A stretch of 64,000 nucleotides of DNA from a virus: positions 3,857 through 67,856 of IMG/VR virus record IMGVR_UViG_3300022602_000083; one strand, given 5' to 3'. Within the stretch, counting starts at the first letter, position 1. Each line of letters begins with the position of its first letter. The position numbers and the translations under genes are program-made. The notes under the pieces were generated by a model. It was not told where the DNA came from, searched no databases, and saw only the letters and a list, made by a program, of their open reading frames with translations. Below, in pieces: positions 46,475 to 57,808 of this stretch.

Positions 46475-48546
46475 TGTCAGTTTCCATTATTGGTTCTTCT
46501 TCTGCAGGCTCAGCATTTAACATCTCTATTACATCTACGTATGAGACTGTTCTTTTAACTAATCCACAACCAGCTGGAGCGTATACTTTTACCTCAGCCT
46601 TGTCTAACATTACTATGGACCTATACTTTTACAGTGCTACGGGTCAATTAGTGGCGTCTACAAATCTTAAGTCTATTAACCCAAGCATTTCATTTAGCAA
46701 GATTGTTATCTTAGGTGGAACTGTTGGAGACGTACTCTCTTTTACATTTCAACAGACTTATGGAGGTACAGCAGAAACTGCAGAAACTACAGCTGGACCG
46801 GTGATATTAAGCACATCTCCTACATCTTTACCTAATGCTAGTAGTACAACAGTGGTTACTGGACTTAATTTTCCTTCAAACATTACGGCTACATTTACTG
46901 GTACAGATAGCGTAGCAAGAACACCCGCATCAATTGTTTACGGATCCGCCACATCTCTTGTTATACAGCGCCCAGCTATTATGCCCATCTCTGCTGCCCC
47001 ATATACACTATCAGTAACAAACCCATCTGTAACTCCTCCAACAGGATCAACTAAAAATACAATTTCTAATTTAACTGCAGGTTCATTGCCAACATGGATT
47101 ACATCAACTTCTTTGGGAAGTTGGGCACAGGGTACACCTTTAAGTATTACTCTTCAGGCATCAGATACAAATCCAGGTGGCAGCATTACTTATTCAGTTG
47201 TTTCAGGATCATTGCCAACGGGAGTTACATTCAATACATCAACAGGAATAATTTCGGGAACTCCTATTGTTGCCACCCCAGCAAACTATACAATTACTAT
47301 TGCAGCAACAAATGCTGGAGGAAATGCAGTAAATAGAACATTCACCCTTGGACCAGATGCTGGTCCAGTATGGGTTAGTTCTGGAGCACTTACTACATAC
47401 GGACCATCTGCGTATTCATATCAATTAACAGCAACAGATGACTCTGGAACAGCACCCACATACTCTTTGGCATCTGGTTCTTTGCCAACTGGTCTTTCTT
47501 TATCTAGTTCTGGATTAATTTCTGGCTCTGCATACAGTGGAACTACATCTGGAACAAGCACATTTACAGTTACAGCTACCGATGCAAACGGAACCTCTAC
47601 TACTAGTGGAACTCTTACTATAGGGTACAGCTTCTTTGGTGTAGGAAGTTCATTTACATTTACAACTACAGGACTTTCAGGACCTACTGGGCCAACCCTT
47701 GGACAACTTCAATCCGCCTACTCAGCAACATCTTGGGCACAAAGCACTAGCAATTTAACTTTAGGTTCTTACAATGGTTATCAAGCTTGGATTGTTCCAG
47801 CTACAGGTACTTATGAATTTTTAGTTAAGGGTGCATTTGGTGGGTCAACAGGAGCCGCTGCAGATGGTGGCGCAGCAATAATTAGAGGAAGAACAACTTT
47901 AACTGCAGGTGAAACTATTATTATTACTTGTGGACAAACACAAGGGCCAAGTCAAAATACTTCTTGGTGGGGAGGAAATGGCGGAACATTTGTAGTTCGT
48001 AACAGTGGAAACATTCCACTATATGTGGCTGGCGGAGGACAAAACCATGCCGCCTCCAACCCAGGGTCAAATATGGCAATTACCACTAGTGGTCAGAACG
48101 GTTCTAATGGTGGAGTTGCCACCGCTGGAACTAACGGAAATGGTGGCAGCGGAAATCTTTCAGGAGGCGGTGGTGGTGGATTTTTTAGTGCTGGAGGAAA
48201 CTCTAGCTATGGTCAGGGCGGCGGTGGATATAATAATGGTTTAGTTGGCGGAAGCGGTACATCAAACAACGGATCCTATGGTGGATTTGGTGGTGGTGGT
48301 GGTGGAGACGGTCAGCAATATGGTGGTACAGGTGCTTCTGGAGGATATAGCGGAGGCGGAGGCGGAACATCTACTCAAGCAGCAGCAGCTTATGGAGGTT
48401 CTTACATAGTAACTGGCTCTACTAACGTTGCAACATCTTCAGGTCTTTATAATGGAGCCTCAACTTTTGAATCTCAAGGCACAATTGTTAACATAGGATA
48501 TAGCACATCTACCTCAGGCAGCGTTTTGGTTACAAGGATAAGCTAA
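46474..48546 (+). CDS. Ig-like plus glycine-rich tail protein
   Basis: SGSLPTG...G.ISG Ig repeats and poly-Gly C-terminal domain. Confidence 0.8.
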   Translation: MSVSIIGSSSAGSAFNISITSTYETVLLTNPQPAGAYTFTSALSNITMDLYFYSATGQLVASTNLKSINPSISFSKIVILGGTVGDVLSFTFQQTYGGTAETAETTAGPVILSTSPTSLPNASSTTVVTGLNFPSNITATFTGTDSVARTPASIVYGSATSLVIQRPAIMPISAAPYTLSVTNPSVTPPTGSTKNTISNLTAGSLPTWITSTSLGSWAQGTPLSITLQASDTNPGGSITYSVVSGSLPTGVTFNTSTGIISGTPIVATPANYTITIAATNAGGNAVNRTFTLGPDAGPVWVSSGALTTYGPSAYSYQLTATDDSGTAPTYSLASGSLPTGLSLSSSGLISGSAYSGTTSGTSTFTVTATDANGTSTTSGTLTIGYSFFGVGSSFTFTTTGLSGPTGPTLGQLQSAYSATSWAQSTSNLTLGSYNGYQAWIVPATGTYEFLVKGAFGGSTGAAADGGAAIIRGRTTLTAGETIIITCGQTQGPSQNTSWWGGNGGTFVVRNSGNIPLYVAGGGQNHAASNPGSNMAITTSGQNGSNGGVATAGTNGNGGSGNLSGGGGGGFFSAGGNSSYGQGGGGYNNGLVGGSGTSNNGSYGGFGGGGGGDGQQYGGTGASGGYSGGGGGTSTQAAAAYGGSYIVTGSTNVATSSGLYNGASTFESQGTIVNIGYSTSTSGSVLVTRIS

Positions 48547-48890
48547 TGGAAAATAAACATTGGGATGCACATCAACAAGCTTTAATTAAAAATAACATTG
48601 TTATTGCTGTTCTTGCTTTTCAAGAACATAACGATACCGACATGCAGCAGACTTTTTCAAAGTTTGATCATGATGAGGTAGTTGATCTGTGTCAAGTTCA
48701 AAAAGATGCTTTTATAGGCTCTTCTTGGGACGGTACTAATTTTAATATACAGCCTTTTCCATCATGGGATCTTAATTCAAGTTTTCAGTGGGAAGCTCCT
48801 GTAGCTATGCCTACCGATGGAAAATCTTATTATTGGGATGAACCTACAAAAAGTTGGGTTGAAGTTCCAGCGGATATGGTAACGGCATAA
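48546..48890 (+). CDS. Tail-fibre-associated small protein
   Basis: PFPSW...WEAPVAMP...WDE. Confidence 0.65.
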   Translation: MENKHWDAHQQALIKNNIVIAVLAFQEHNDTDMQQTFSKFDHDEVVDLCQVQKDAFIGSSWDGTNFNIQPFPSWDLNSSFQWEAPVAMPTDGKSYYWDEPTKSWVEVPADMVTA

Positions 48891-50341
48891 TGACAACATC
48901 AGTATACCCACAACCTACTTTACCTTTTGCAAACCCGCAGTGGCGTTATACAGCCGTGGGCGGAGAAACTTCCCTATCTGGATACGATAGCTTTGGAAAT
49001 GTTCTTAACTATACTGTTAACCAAGAAATGCTACACCTAAACGGTGTTTTACTTGTTAGGAGCGTAGACTATACGGCTACTACAGGTACTTCAGTAACAT
49101 TTACAAGTGCTCTACTTGCCAATGATTTTGTTGAGATACTTACGTACCAAACTAACATTGTCTCTACGATTCCTACTTCAAATATTACTGGAATCCTTAC
49201 TAACTCACAGCTACAAAATAGCAGCATTACTTTAGGCTCAACTGCGATCTCTTTGGGATCAGCTGCTACAAGTGTTAGCGGGCTAACTTTAAGCGGTGCG
49301 ACCAATACCCTTACTAATATTGGTAACTCTTCCCTTACAAATTCAGGTATTACCTTAGGTACTACTGGCGTATCTTTAGGTGGAACAGTCACCACTATTA
49401 ATGGAGTTACATTAACAGGATCTTCCATATCTGGTACTACAAACACTTTTGCTAATATCCCAAACTCAGGTCTTGCTAATAGCTCTATTACTATCAATGG
49501 AACACAGGTTTCTTTGGGAGGCTCTACAACAATTGCTACAGCATCTGCTGCAACTCCAACAGTATCAGGTACAGTTTATGGAAAAGTAAGTTCAAATGGC
49601 TATGATACTTTTATTGGACAAAATGCTGGCAATAATGCTACTTCATCTTTTAATATAAACACTGGAGTAGGAAATTATTCTTTAAACGCTTTAGCTTACG
49701 GTACTGGAAATACTGCAGTTGGTCAGTCTTCAATGATACAAATGACTGGAAATAGCAATGTAGATCAAGTAAGTAATAATACTTCAGTAGGCTCTCTATC
49801 TGGATTTGGCCTTCTTTATGGATCAAATAATACAATATTTGGATCACAAGCAGGATATAACAGTTTTCAGGGATCCAATAACATATTAATTGGATATGGT
49901 GCAAATACATCATCTTCTTCTGTATCAAATGAAATGACACTAGGTAATTCATCAATTACAGCATTTAGAATTCCAGGTCTTTCAGTTTCAATAAATAGCT
50001 TAGGATATTCTGGAAGAATTGCTCCAAGAACTACTTCAAATACTACTCTTACTACGGGAACACCCTCAGCAACAACAGATGATTTTTATGTTCTTACTGC
50101 ACAAGCTTCAGCAATAACTTTTAGTGCCCCTTCAGGCACGCCAGTAAACGGGCAAGCGCTCAAGATAAGAATTAAAGATAACGGCACAGCTCAGACACTT
50201 TCTTGGAACTCTATATATAGAGGATCATCAGATCTGGCCCTACCAACAACAACTGTAGTAAATAAGACTTTATATCTAGGTTTTGTATATAACTCAACAG
50301 ACTCACGTTGGGATATGATCGCCTCGTTAGGAAACTTCTAA
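48890..50341 (+). CDS. Tail-fibre protein
   Basis: L.NSSIT repeats and NTAVG beta-roll repeats. Confidence 0.75.
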   Translation: MTTSVYPQPTLPFANPQWRYTAVGGETSLSGYDSFGNVLNYTVNQEMLHLNGVLLVRSVDYTATTGTSVTFTSALLANDFVEILTYQTNIVSTIPTSNITGILTNSQLQNSSITLGSTAISLGSAATSVSGLTLSGATNTLTNIGNSSLTNSGITLGTTGVSLGGTVTTINGVTLTGSSISGTTNTFANIPNSGLANSSITINGTQVSLGGSTTIATASAATPTVSGTVYGKVSSNGYDTFIGQNAGNNATSSFNINTGVGNYSLNALAYGTGNTAVGQSSMIQMTGNSNVDQVSNNTSVGSLSGFGLLYGSNNTIFGSQAGYNSFQGSNNILIGYGANTSSSSVSNEMTLGNSSITAFRIPGLSVSINSLGYSGRIAPRTTSNTTLTTGTPSATTDDFYVLTAQASAITFSAPSGTPVNGQALKIRIKDNGTAQTLSWNSIYRGSSDLALPTTTVVNKTLYLGFVYNSTDSRWDMIASLGNF

Positions 50342-50904
50342 TGGCTGTCAGAAAGCACGTATGGATCTATCCTGATGCTAGCCCTAGCCTCTCTATAAGC
50401 ACTACTAGCAGTAGTGGAAGTAACTCCTTAACAAGCTCAGCAACAGCTGATTATTTTAGTGAGAGCTTTACTATTGCAGGACCAGCGGGAGGAAATGGGT
50501 ACTTATACTCAACGCTCTCATTCTCATCCTACACTATTCAAGCTGGAGATTATTTAGAGTACAGCATATATTTACCAAATACTACTTCTCCTCAAAACTT
50601 TGGTATAGATATCTTCTTTACCAATGGAGTGCTTAGAGATGCTGGAGTTACAGATCAAAACGGGATAACAGCCCACCCAGCGGCAGATCTATCCTCCGTG
50701 GCAGGACAGAAGTGGTATTATAGAAAAATTCCTATTACTACCTCAACAGGAGGAAGTACTATTGGAACTTCAATAACCGCTGTACAACCTACATGTGAAA
50801 ATGATGCTATAGCCACTTATACGGCCTATTTTAAAAATATTGCTATTACGGACGGTAATGGGGCAGCCATATATAATAGGTCTTCATTCCACTCACTTAT
50901 ATAA
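50341..50904 (+). CDS. Virion protein, possible carbohydrate-binding fold
   Basis: Beta-rich; LRD...DQNG...HP...WYYR. Confidence 0.55.
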   Translation: MAVRKHVWIYPDASPSLSISTTSSSGSNSLTSSATADYFSESFTIAGPAGGNGYLYSTLSFSSYTIQAGDYLEYSIYLPNTTSPQNFGIDIFFTNGVLRDAGVTDQNGITAHPAADLSSVAGQKWYYRKIPITTSTGGSTIGTSITAVQPTCENDAIATYTAYFKNIAITDGNGAAIYNRSSFHSLI

Positions 50905-50929
50905 TTTACCACTATTTGCTACAGGAGAT

Positions 50930-51262
50930 ATGATGTCTAAAGCACACAACATTGCCGGCTATGGAGCTAAGGCTGCCTACACCGATGTAGTGGTGACCTC
51001 TAATATTACCCTGACCGCCTTTACTCAATACTACGTAGATACCACTTCTACGGCTTATACCTTGACCCTACCTGCTACTCAGACCCAGGGCGATGAAATT
51101 CACGTTTTTGACATAGGCAACAATGCCGGCGCCAACAACATCACAATTAACCCAAATGGTGCTAAACTTAATGGTGTTGTACAGAGCTTGCTAATTGACG
51201 TAAATGGGGCAGCTGTTGTAATTGTCTATACAGGGTCTACATATGGTTGGAGAGTTGGATAA
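50930..51262 (+). CDS. Minor virion protein
   Basis: YYVDT...TLTLPA...GD...YGW. Confidence 0.65.
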   Translation: MMSKAHNIAGYGAKAAYTDVVVTSNITLTAFTQYYVDTTSTAYTLTLPATQTQGDEIHVFDIGNNAGANNITINPNGAKLNGVVQSLLIDVNGAAVVIVYTGSTYGWRVG

Positions 51263-53266
51263 ATGGCTGTTAAATATAGTACGATTTCTGGGGGAGGCTC
51301 TGGAACAGGCTTTAACGTACAAATTGGCTCACAATATTCGTATGCTGTTTTTCCATCACCTCTTGCATCGGGTGCGTATACCATTAAGTCAATTCAAGGA
51401 AAAAGTAACTTTGACGTATACCTCTTAGACTCTAATAATAATCTGGTTGTTTACTCAAATACCGCATCAATTACCCCATCTTCTGCTTTTTCTGGCATTG
51501 TTATTGTAAACGGTACCTTTGGAGACATCCTTCAATTCTCATATCAAACTACAGTCTACTCAAACTCAGAGACATCGTATGTAAATGTTGGACCGTATAT
51601 TACATCTGCAACACCTACGGCATTGCCTAATTTAAACAGCACTATTGCAATCTCTGGAGGTAACTTTAGTACAGCTATTTCTGCGACTTTTACAGGTACA
51701 GATAGCGTTGCTAGAGCTGCAAAATCTGTTATTAGAAACTCTGTAACTTCTCTTACTGTAACACGTCCAGATGTTCTGCCTATTTCCGCCGCACCATATA
51801 CGCTAACATTGACAAATCCAGGAGTAAGTAACCCAACTGCTTCTAGTGCAAACATTGTATCTGGAATTACAGCAGGTTCAGTTCCTGTATGGAATACAGC
51901 TACAACTCTTACTCAATTTGCTGAAAATGTACCATACTCAGTAACACTATCCGCAACTGACTCTAATCCAAGCGGATCAATAACATATGCGTACGTTTCT
52001 GGTAGCTTACCTTCTGGACTTTCTTTTAATTCAGGAACAGGAGTTATTAGCGGTACTCCAACGGTAGCAACACCTGGACTATATACATATACTGTTTCAG
52101 CAACAAATGCAGGCGGTAATACTCTAAATAGAACATTTACAATGCAAGATTCCGGACCAGTGTGGACTACCACAGGTACACTTCCTAACTTCACACTAGG
52201 AAGCTCATATTCATATACTTTACTGGCACCAGATGATTCGGGTGCAACGCCTACATTTGCATTAGTAAGTGGGTCTTTACCAACAGGTCTTTCACTATCC
52301 TCTTCAGGAGTTATATCAGGAACGCCAGCATCCAATGCCGGACCTTCTTCATTTTTAGTATCAGCAACAGATAACAACGGTACAACTACAAACTCTGGAA
52401 CACTAACATTAACAAGAGGAGCTAGTTCGTTTACCTCCTCAAGTCTTCCAGCATCTTTTGTAGTTGGAGATCAAATTACTTTTTCAGATAGCGCATCTTT
52501 TACAAACTGGAGCAATGCAAATACTGCCCAATTTAATGTTGCTGGGGCTGGTGGCGGTAATCCGACAGTTGAATCATCCGGTTACGGAAATACCGGTGTA
52601 GGTGGTGCGGGTGCACTAGTAGTTGTTACTGCAAATAAAACAAATTTGCCTTCTTTTAGTGTCCGTGTAGGTACTGGTGGAATAGGCGTAGGTTCAAGTA
52701 ACGACGGTTCAGGTGGTGGAGGTTATTCTCAAATCACACGCTCTACAGACAGCGCTGTTGCGGTAGTCGCAGCCGGCGGTGGCGGTGGTGGTGGAAATGA
52801 ACCGGGTGCTGGAGGTGCGGGAGGTGCTGGTGGATATTCCTTCAGTGGGTCTACAGCTTCAGGGTATAACGGCTCTAATGCTCCAAGTGGAGCAGGTGGA
52901 GGCGGTGGTGCTACAGGCTCTGGCGGCGGTAACGGTGGCGGCGGTGGTTATGGTTCTGGTGGTGGTGGATCTGCCTATCAAGGAGGCTACGGAGGAAGCA
53001 ATAACTCTGCTGGTTTAAATGGAGGAACTCCTGGCGGAGGTAAAGGCGGCTACGGCTACGGCGGTGGCGGTGGCGGTGGTGGCGGCTATTATGGCGGCGG
53101 TGGTGGTGGCGCAACTAGTGGCTCTTCAGCTGGAGGTGGAGGAGGATCTAGCTACTACAACAGCGGGATAGTTTCTTACTCTTCAAGTACTACTGGACCT
53201 TCAGGTGGAGTAGGGCAAGGAAGCAACGGACAAGCTGGATACATAACAATGACTATTACAGGCTAA
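51263..53266 (+). CDS. Ig-like plus glycine-rich tail protein (paralog of 46474)
   Basis: Shared ATFTGTDSVAR and ATNAGGN segments; poly-Gly domain. Confidence 0.8.
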   Translation: MAVKYSTISGGGSGTGFNVQIGSQYSYAVFPSPLASGAYTIKSIQGKSNFDVYLLDSNNNLVVYSNTASITPSSAFSGIVIVNGTFGDILQFSYQTTVYSNSETSYVNVGPYITSATPTALPNLNSTIAISGGNFSTAISATFTGTDSVARAAKSVIRNSVTSLTVTRPDVLPISAAPYTLTLTNPGVSNPTASSANIVSGITAGSVPVWNTATTLTQFAENVPYSVTLSATDSNPSGSITYAYVSGSLPSGLSFNSGTGVISGTPTVATPGLYTYTVSATNAGGNTLNRTFTMQDSGPVWTTTGTLPNFTLGSSYSYTLLAPDDSGATPTFALVSGSLPTGLSLSSSGVISGTPASNAGPSSFLVSATDNNGTTTNSGTLTLTRGASSFTSSSLPASFVVGDQITFSDSASFTNWSNANTAQFNVAGAGGGNPTVESSGYGNTGVGGAGALVVVTANKTNLPSFSVRVGTGGIGVGSSNDGSGGGGYSQITRSTDSAVAVVAAGGGGGGGNEPGAGGAGGAGGYSFSGSTASGYNGSNAPSGAGGGGGATGSGGGNGGGGGYGSGGGGSAYQGGYGGSNNSAGLNGGTPGGGKGGYGYGGGGGGGGGYYGGGGGGATSGSSAGGGGGSSYYNSGIVSYSSSTTGPSGGVGQGSNGQAGYITMTITG

Positions 53267-53308
53267 GGAAATGAAAATGTTAAAAGTATATTTAACATGG
53301 TGTAGATT

Positions 53309-53776
53309 ATGACAGCCGCCAGAACTCTAGCTAGCCTACTTAACGGCTCCGTAACCTTCGGTGGAGAGGTCGCTGTTCAGACCCCAATTAACCCAAGCGA
53401 TGCTGCCACTAAGTCCTATGTAGATAACCTTGCTGGACTAGATATTGGCATCCTAGACGATCTTAGCGGTAAGTTTGACGGTATAGAAAGCCGCTTCTTA
53501 CCTACTAATGGTGGGTCCAAAGTCACCATAACTAACCCCTATAAGCTATTAATTACAGTTAATGGTATAGTACAATCTGTCTACACACCTGATTGTGTCT
53601 GGCAATCCCCCCTTCCAAGGACAGGATTCCAGGTAGATAACGGTGGATACTTGAGTTTTTCGGAGGTCCCTCCTGCAGGTTCTTCCTTTAATGGTAGAGT
53701 ACTGGCCGGACCAACAACAAATACATCAAGTTCAACTTATCCGTTTAAGGCAACGGATATTCTACTAGGAGCGTAA
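53309..53776 (+). CDS. Minor virion protein
   Basis: DAATKSYVD, LDDLSGKFDG. Confidence 0.6.
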   Translation: MTAARTLASLLNGSVTFGGEVAVQTPINPSDAATKSYVDNLAGLDIGILDDLSGKFDGIESRFLPTNGGSKVTITNPYKLLITVNGIVQSVYTPDCVWQSPLPRTGFQVDNGGYLSFSEVPPAGSSFNGRVLAGPTTNTSSSTYPFKATDILLGA

Positions 53777-53779
53777 TAC

Positions 53780-56700
53780 ATGGCACGTAAGATTATTCTG
53801 GATACCCAATACACCTTTAACCCAACTACAGGTGTGGTAGTCCTCACAAACCGCTATATTCCACAAGAGCGTATGCTTCTTATCACCAACGTGACTAAGA
53901 ACAAGGTCATCTTTAACTTTTCTGACCCATCTCTTACAGCCACCTCCTACGTAACATCTATGACCGGTGCTACTGGCGTAACAACAATTACCCTTGCCTA
54001 TAACACAACCACAATGTCATCAACAGATAAGCTCCAAATCACAGTTGATGAGTATTCAGAAAAGATTCAGCCTTCAGAAGAACTTACTGATCCAGTAGGT
54101 AAGCTACGTGTTTCAACACCACAATCCCTTATTGATACCGACTTTGAATATGGTACACAGGTTTCTAAGTGGGAAAACCTATCAATGATTAATAACCGTC
54201 CTCTCGGTTATCAGACAGTCCCTAATATTCAGAACCTTCAATCTATGTACGTAGCTACTTCGACACGTAACGTAGTTGTAAGCTTTAACGGTACGCACTA
54301 TATTGGTGCAGGTACTCCAATTGTTATTCAGGATACTTATATTCCTATTGCTAACGGTAACTATGTAGTGGATGCCACATCAACCAATACAGGAACTACA
54401 GCCAGCCCTGTATGTGCTGCTGTTACAGGCTCTATCACAGCAATTTCTAATACAGGATCCGCAGTAACTTACGCAACATCTTCTACCGCTGGACTTGTAG
54501 TAGGACAGCAAGTAACTATTACCGGTGCATCTTCATCAGGTTACAACGTAACTAATCAGTTCATCACAGCTATCGTATCTAATACAAGCTTTACTATTGC
54601 ATCTACAGCAACAGGTTCAACATCAACAGCTAGCTTTACAGCTGCTCCTTGGATCTCATATACTGCTCGTGCAGCAAACTCATCTTCAATCACATCAATC
54701 TTGGATGCTAACAAGACCGCTCTTTATCAAGCAGCTTTCTACTCAGGTGTGGCTATCGGTGGAACAGCTCAAAATACAACCATCTCTGGTTTGTCAGGTT
54801 CTAATACAATTAACGTAGGATCAGCTTCAGGAATTATTGTAGGCATGACAGTTACTGGTGCTAATATTTCTGCAGGAACAACCGTTACAGCTGTAAACTC
54901 TGCAACGCAGGTTGTTACCCTTTCATCCTCAACAACGGGCGCTGTAACAGGATCAGGACAATTTGGCGGTATTACAAACCTTACCTATACAGGTAACTCA
55001 ATTACCATCACTACCGCACAAAACCATGGGTTAGCTCTAGGTAATGAAATCGCCATAACAGGACTTTCAACAACAGGTACAAACGTACCAAACGGCTCAT
55101 TCGTTGTTGCCACCATCAATACCCCGTCCACATTTACTATCTATACCCCTAATACACCGACAGGAACTATTACCTTTAATACAGGAACAGTATACGTACG
55201 TCCACAAGGTCAGTTCCTACACCGTCCATTTGATGGTGGAGTAATCTTCTCTACAAATGGCTCATCTAACTTTGAACAGGCTATTCGCCAAACACGTCGT
55301 TACTTCCGTTACCAGTCTGGTAAGGGAATTCAGATGTCTACCGGTACGATCCTTAAGCCTAATATTCAAGTTGACTCACTTACCTCTTCAGGTACAACTG
55401 TAACTGTTCAAACAAAAGATCAGCACAACCTTCAAGTTGGCGCAACTATTACTCTCAATGGTGCAAATGAAGTTGGGTATAACGGAACCTTCACGGTTAC
55501 CGGAGTAACTGGTTATAACACCTTTACATACACAGCACTTAGCGCCCCTTCAGCATCTCCTGCCTCTGGTGCATATGAGCTTGCCATCTCTGGTTGGTAC
55601 GGTGCTAAAAATCGCATGGGTATCTTTGATTTCCAAAACGGAATGTTTTGGGAGTTTGATGGTCAAACACTAAGCGTTGTACGTAGAACCTCTACCTTCC
55701 AAATTGCAGGTAAAGTTTCAGCTACAAACGGGTCTAACGTAATTACTCAGACAAACTCTTCATACCCAACAACATTCTCAAAGCAGTTAACACCTGGAGA
55801 CTATATCGTTCTTCGTGGAGCTTCTTACCGTGTTACGGATATTATCTCTGATACGACTCTTTGGATCTCTCCGGCATACCGTGGAACAACAGATAACTAC
55901 ATCATTCCTTCAAGAACCGTTGAGACACGTGTCCCACAATCATCATTTAATATTGATAAGCTAGACGGTACAGGACCTTCAGGTTACAACATTGATCTTT
56001 CAAAGATGCAAATGTGGTACATTGACTATTCTTGGTACGGTGCTGGAGCTATCAGATACGGCGTACGTGGTACAGATGGAAACATCATTTACGCACACAA
56101 GATTGCAAACAACAACCTTAACTATGAAGCATACATGCGTTCAGGTAACATGGCAGGTCGTTATGAAACTTCTACGATTCCTATGGCTACAACGCTAACA
56201 GCAAACGTTGCTGCATCAGATACCACTATTAACGTGGCATCTACAGCGGGCTTCCCTTCATCAGGTACTTTAGTAATTCGTAACTCCTCTGTGTATGAGT
56301 ACGTTAACTACACCGGAATTACTTCAACATCCTTTACAGGATTGACTCGTGGTCAAGCAGGTAACTCATCACTAGCGCTAACAATTGCGGTAGGTTCTAA
56401 TACTGCATCTGTATCAACAACTGCTGGCTTGCAGGTTGGACAGAAGGTTATTGCCCCACTTTCATTCCCAGATGGAACCTTTATTGCAGCAATCAGCGGA
56501 ACATCGTTAACCCTTTCACAAGGTGCCTTAACAGCTAACCCAGTGGTAATGGTGCCTCCAATGGGTGCGTCTTCAGGTCAGTCATTTACATATGCTGCAG
56601 GAACACCTATTTCTGTAGAATTTGGATTCCCAACATTTGCTCCTACTATCTCACACTGGGGTACTGCAGCAATCATGGATGGTGGCTTCACCCCAGATAA

Positions 56701-57787
56701 GTCTCTCTTGTTTACATACGGACAACAGACCCCTATCTCTATCCCAACTTCTTCTGTAGTATTTACCTCAGCAGCAAGCGGATCAGCAGCATCTAGCACA
56801 ATTACCCTCTCAGGTACAGGTACGAACACCACAGCCAATATCTTGCCAGGAATGACTGTTTCAGGTACGGGTATTGCTGCGGGAACATATGTAACTGCTG
56901 TAACAGGAACAACTACCTTTACAATCACACCGAACCCAACGACAACAATTACAAGCGGTACGATTACTCTTACAGGTAATACTACAAGAGCATTGATGTC
57001 AATTCGTTTGGCTCCAGCAGTAGATAACGGTGTTGGTGCAGGATTTGGACAACGAGATCTTATTAACCGTGCTCAGTTGATCCTTTCAACTCTTGACGTA
57101 TCACTCTTGAATACAAATATCGGTAACATTCTTGTACGTGGGTACATAAATGCACAGCCTTTTGCCGGATCTCAACAGGTCTACGGAAACGCAATTGGAG
57201 TACCTCTATATGTATCCACAGCTTCAGGAACAGGTTCAGTTGTAACAGTTACAACTACAACCCCACATGGCTTGAATGTAAATGACCAGGCTGTTATTTC
57301 TGGAATTACTTCGTCTACTGGATATAACGGAACATACACAATTCAATCAGTACCTTCAGCTACAACATTTACTGTTAATAGCACGTATTCCACATCTTAT
57401 AGCTCAACCGGTTCCCCAACCGTAATGGGTTACAAGCAATGGACAAACGCTGTCGGTAACATCTACGGCTCACTTACCTCTTCTCTAGCTCAAATTGCTG
57501 ACTATGCCCCTAACTCAGTAACAGGCGGTACAGCAGGAGCCTATAGCGTGACAGGCGGTGAAGTAACTGGCGGTTTCTTTGCTAACCAGACAACAGAACT
57601 TGATCTATCATTGCTACGTGATCTTGGTAACGCAATCATGGGCGGAGGCGGAGTTGGTACTCCTGCCTATGCAGGACAAAATGGATATCCAGACGGTCCA
57701 GACGTTCTTACCATTGTAGTAACTAACCTAGGAACTAACCCAGTACAGGTAATCGGACGTGTTGCTTGGACTGAAGCCCAAGCTTAA
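53780..57787 (+). CDS. Large virion structural protein
   Basis: 1335 aa; GKLRVSTPQSLIDTDFEYG, RQTRRYFRYQSGKG and WYGAG core with many beta-module inserts. Confidence 0.8.
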   Translation: MARKIILDTQYTFNPTTGVVVLTNRYIPQERMLLITNVTKNKVIFNFSDPSLTATSYVTSMTGATGVTTITLAYNTTTMSSTDKLQITVDEYSEKIQPSEELTDPVGKLRVSTPQSLIDTDFEYGTQVSKWENLSMINNRPLGYQTVPNIQNLQSMYVATSTRNVVVSFNGTHYIGAGTPIVIQDTYIPIANGNYVVDATSTNTGTTASPVCAAVTGSITAISNTGSAVTYATSSTAGLVVGQQVTITGASSSGYNVTNQFITAIVSNTSFTIASTATGSTSTASFTAAPWISYTARAANSSSITSILDANKTALYQAAFYSGVAIGGTAQNTTISGLSGSNTINVGSASGIIVGMTVTGANISAGTTVTAVNSATQVVTLSSSTTGAVTGSGQFGGITNLTYTGNSITITTAQNHGLALGNEIAITGLSTTGTNVPNGSFVVATINTPSTFTIYTPNTPTGTITFNTGTVYVRPQGQFLHRPFDGGVIFSTNGSSNFEQAIRQTRRYFRYQSGKGIQMSTGTILKPNIQVDSLTSSGTTVTVQTKDQHNLQVGATITLNGANEVGYNGTFTVTGVTGYNTFTYTALSAPSASPASGAYELAISGWYGAKNRMGIFDFQNGMFWEFDGQTLSVVRRTSTFQIAGKVSATNGSNVITQTNSSYPTTFSKQLTPGDYIVLRGASYRVTDIISDTTLWISPAYRGTTDNYIIPSRTVETRVPQSSFNIDKLDGTGPSGYNIDLSKMQMWYIDYSWYGAGAIRYGVRGTDGNIIYAHKIANNNLNYEAYMRSGNMAGRYETSTIPMATTLTANVAASDTTINVASTAGFPSSGTLVIRNSSVYEYVNYTGITSTSFTGLTRGQAGNSSLALTIAVGSNTASVSTTAGLQVGQKVIAPLSFPDGTFIAAISGTSLTLSQGALTANPVVMVPPMGASSGQSFTYAAGTPISVEFGFPTFAPTISHWGTAAIMDGGFTPDKSLLFTYGQQTPISIPTSSVVFTSAASGSAASSTITLSGTGTNTTANILPGMTVSGTGIAAGTYVTAVTGTTTFTITPNPTTTITSGTITLTGNTTRALMSIRLAPAVDNGVGAGFGQRDLINRAQLILSTLDVSLLNTNIGNILVRGYINAQPFAGSQQVYGNAIGVPLYVSTASGTGSVVTVTTTTPHGLNVNDQAVISGITSSTGYNGTYTIQSVPSATTFTVNSTYSTSYSSTGSPTVMGYKQWTNAVGNIYGSLTSSLAQIADYAPNSVTGGTAGAYSVTGGEVTGGFFANQTTELDLSLLRDLGNAIMGGGGVGTPAYAGQNGYPDGPDVLTIVVTNLGTNPVQVIGRVAWTEAQA

Positions 57788-57808
57788 AGAGAGGTCGGTA
57801 GAGACAAC

